A stretch of DNA of 64,000 nucleotides from Mytilus edulis (lineage: Eukaryota): contig NC_092355.1 in the NCBI RefSeq assembly GCF_963676685.1, forward strand, positions 16,802,001 through 16,866,000. Reading direction: 5' to 3'. Position numbers and translations under genes: made by a program. Every line of letters begins with the position of its first letter. Position 1 is the first letter of the stretch. Of the stretch, positions 63,820 through 64,000 are shown in pieces. A model generated the notes under the pieces. That model was not told the origin of the DNA. It was given only the letters and a program-made list of their open reading frames with translations, and searched no databases.

Positions 63820-64000
63820 GCGCTTCTATTAAGCTTCCACCTCGATATTTTGGGAAAACTAAAGTCTCTTCCTAAAAGGACAGCATGTGCATCAGTATAG
63901 CTTCTTCTTGGAGCTCTACCGTTTAATGCTGAAATTCACAAAAAACAACTTAGCCTCTTATTTTGGTGTTCTCAACAGCAATTATGAAACTAGCTATGCG
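63820..64000 (+). mobile_element. Non-LTR retrotransposon C-terminal remnant
   Basis: FHLDILGKLKSLPKRTACASV*LLLGALPFNAEIHKKQLSL resembles the post-RT region of RTE-X/L2-type LINEs; has an in-frame stop and runs off the window. Confidence 0.5.

Overview
AT-rich eukaryotic genomic DNA with spliceosomal GT-AG introns and a very dense repeat load. The repeat families and gene content look like a bivalve mollusc (Mytilus-like; inferred, not proven). Five protein-coding loci can be reconstructed by hand: (1) a 4-exon HSPA12/HSP70-12-like gene (+, 14467-18719) carrying two frameshifts; (2) a FkbM-family SAM methyltransferase with an N-terminal membrane anchor and one coding exon (-, 21471-22538); (3) a 5-exon core-1 beta-1,3-galactosyltransferase (C1GALT1/GT31)-like gene (+, 37327-45509), divergent from (2); (4) an uncharacterised ~400-480 aa protein (+, 54607-55815/56063, probable frameshift); (5) a 4-exon secreted protein with a glycoside-hydrolase-like TIM-barrel signature (-, 57538-60022). 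Most of the rest is transposon debris: a six-level nested insertion built on a decayed Penelope-like retroelement (1914-9530), hammerhead-ribozyme remnants, Helentron-like HINEs with internal satellites, many MITEs with visible TSDs, a probable solo LTR, a tRNA-derived SINE, and a 440-bp-period, highly structured tRNA-like repeat. The most interesting hypotheses are a glycan-modification neighbourhood (Golgi-type methyltransferase beside a T-synthase paralogue, plus a GH-like secreted protein) and the structured Pol III-type repeat. Most short ORFs in the supplied track are spurious.
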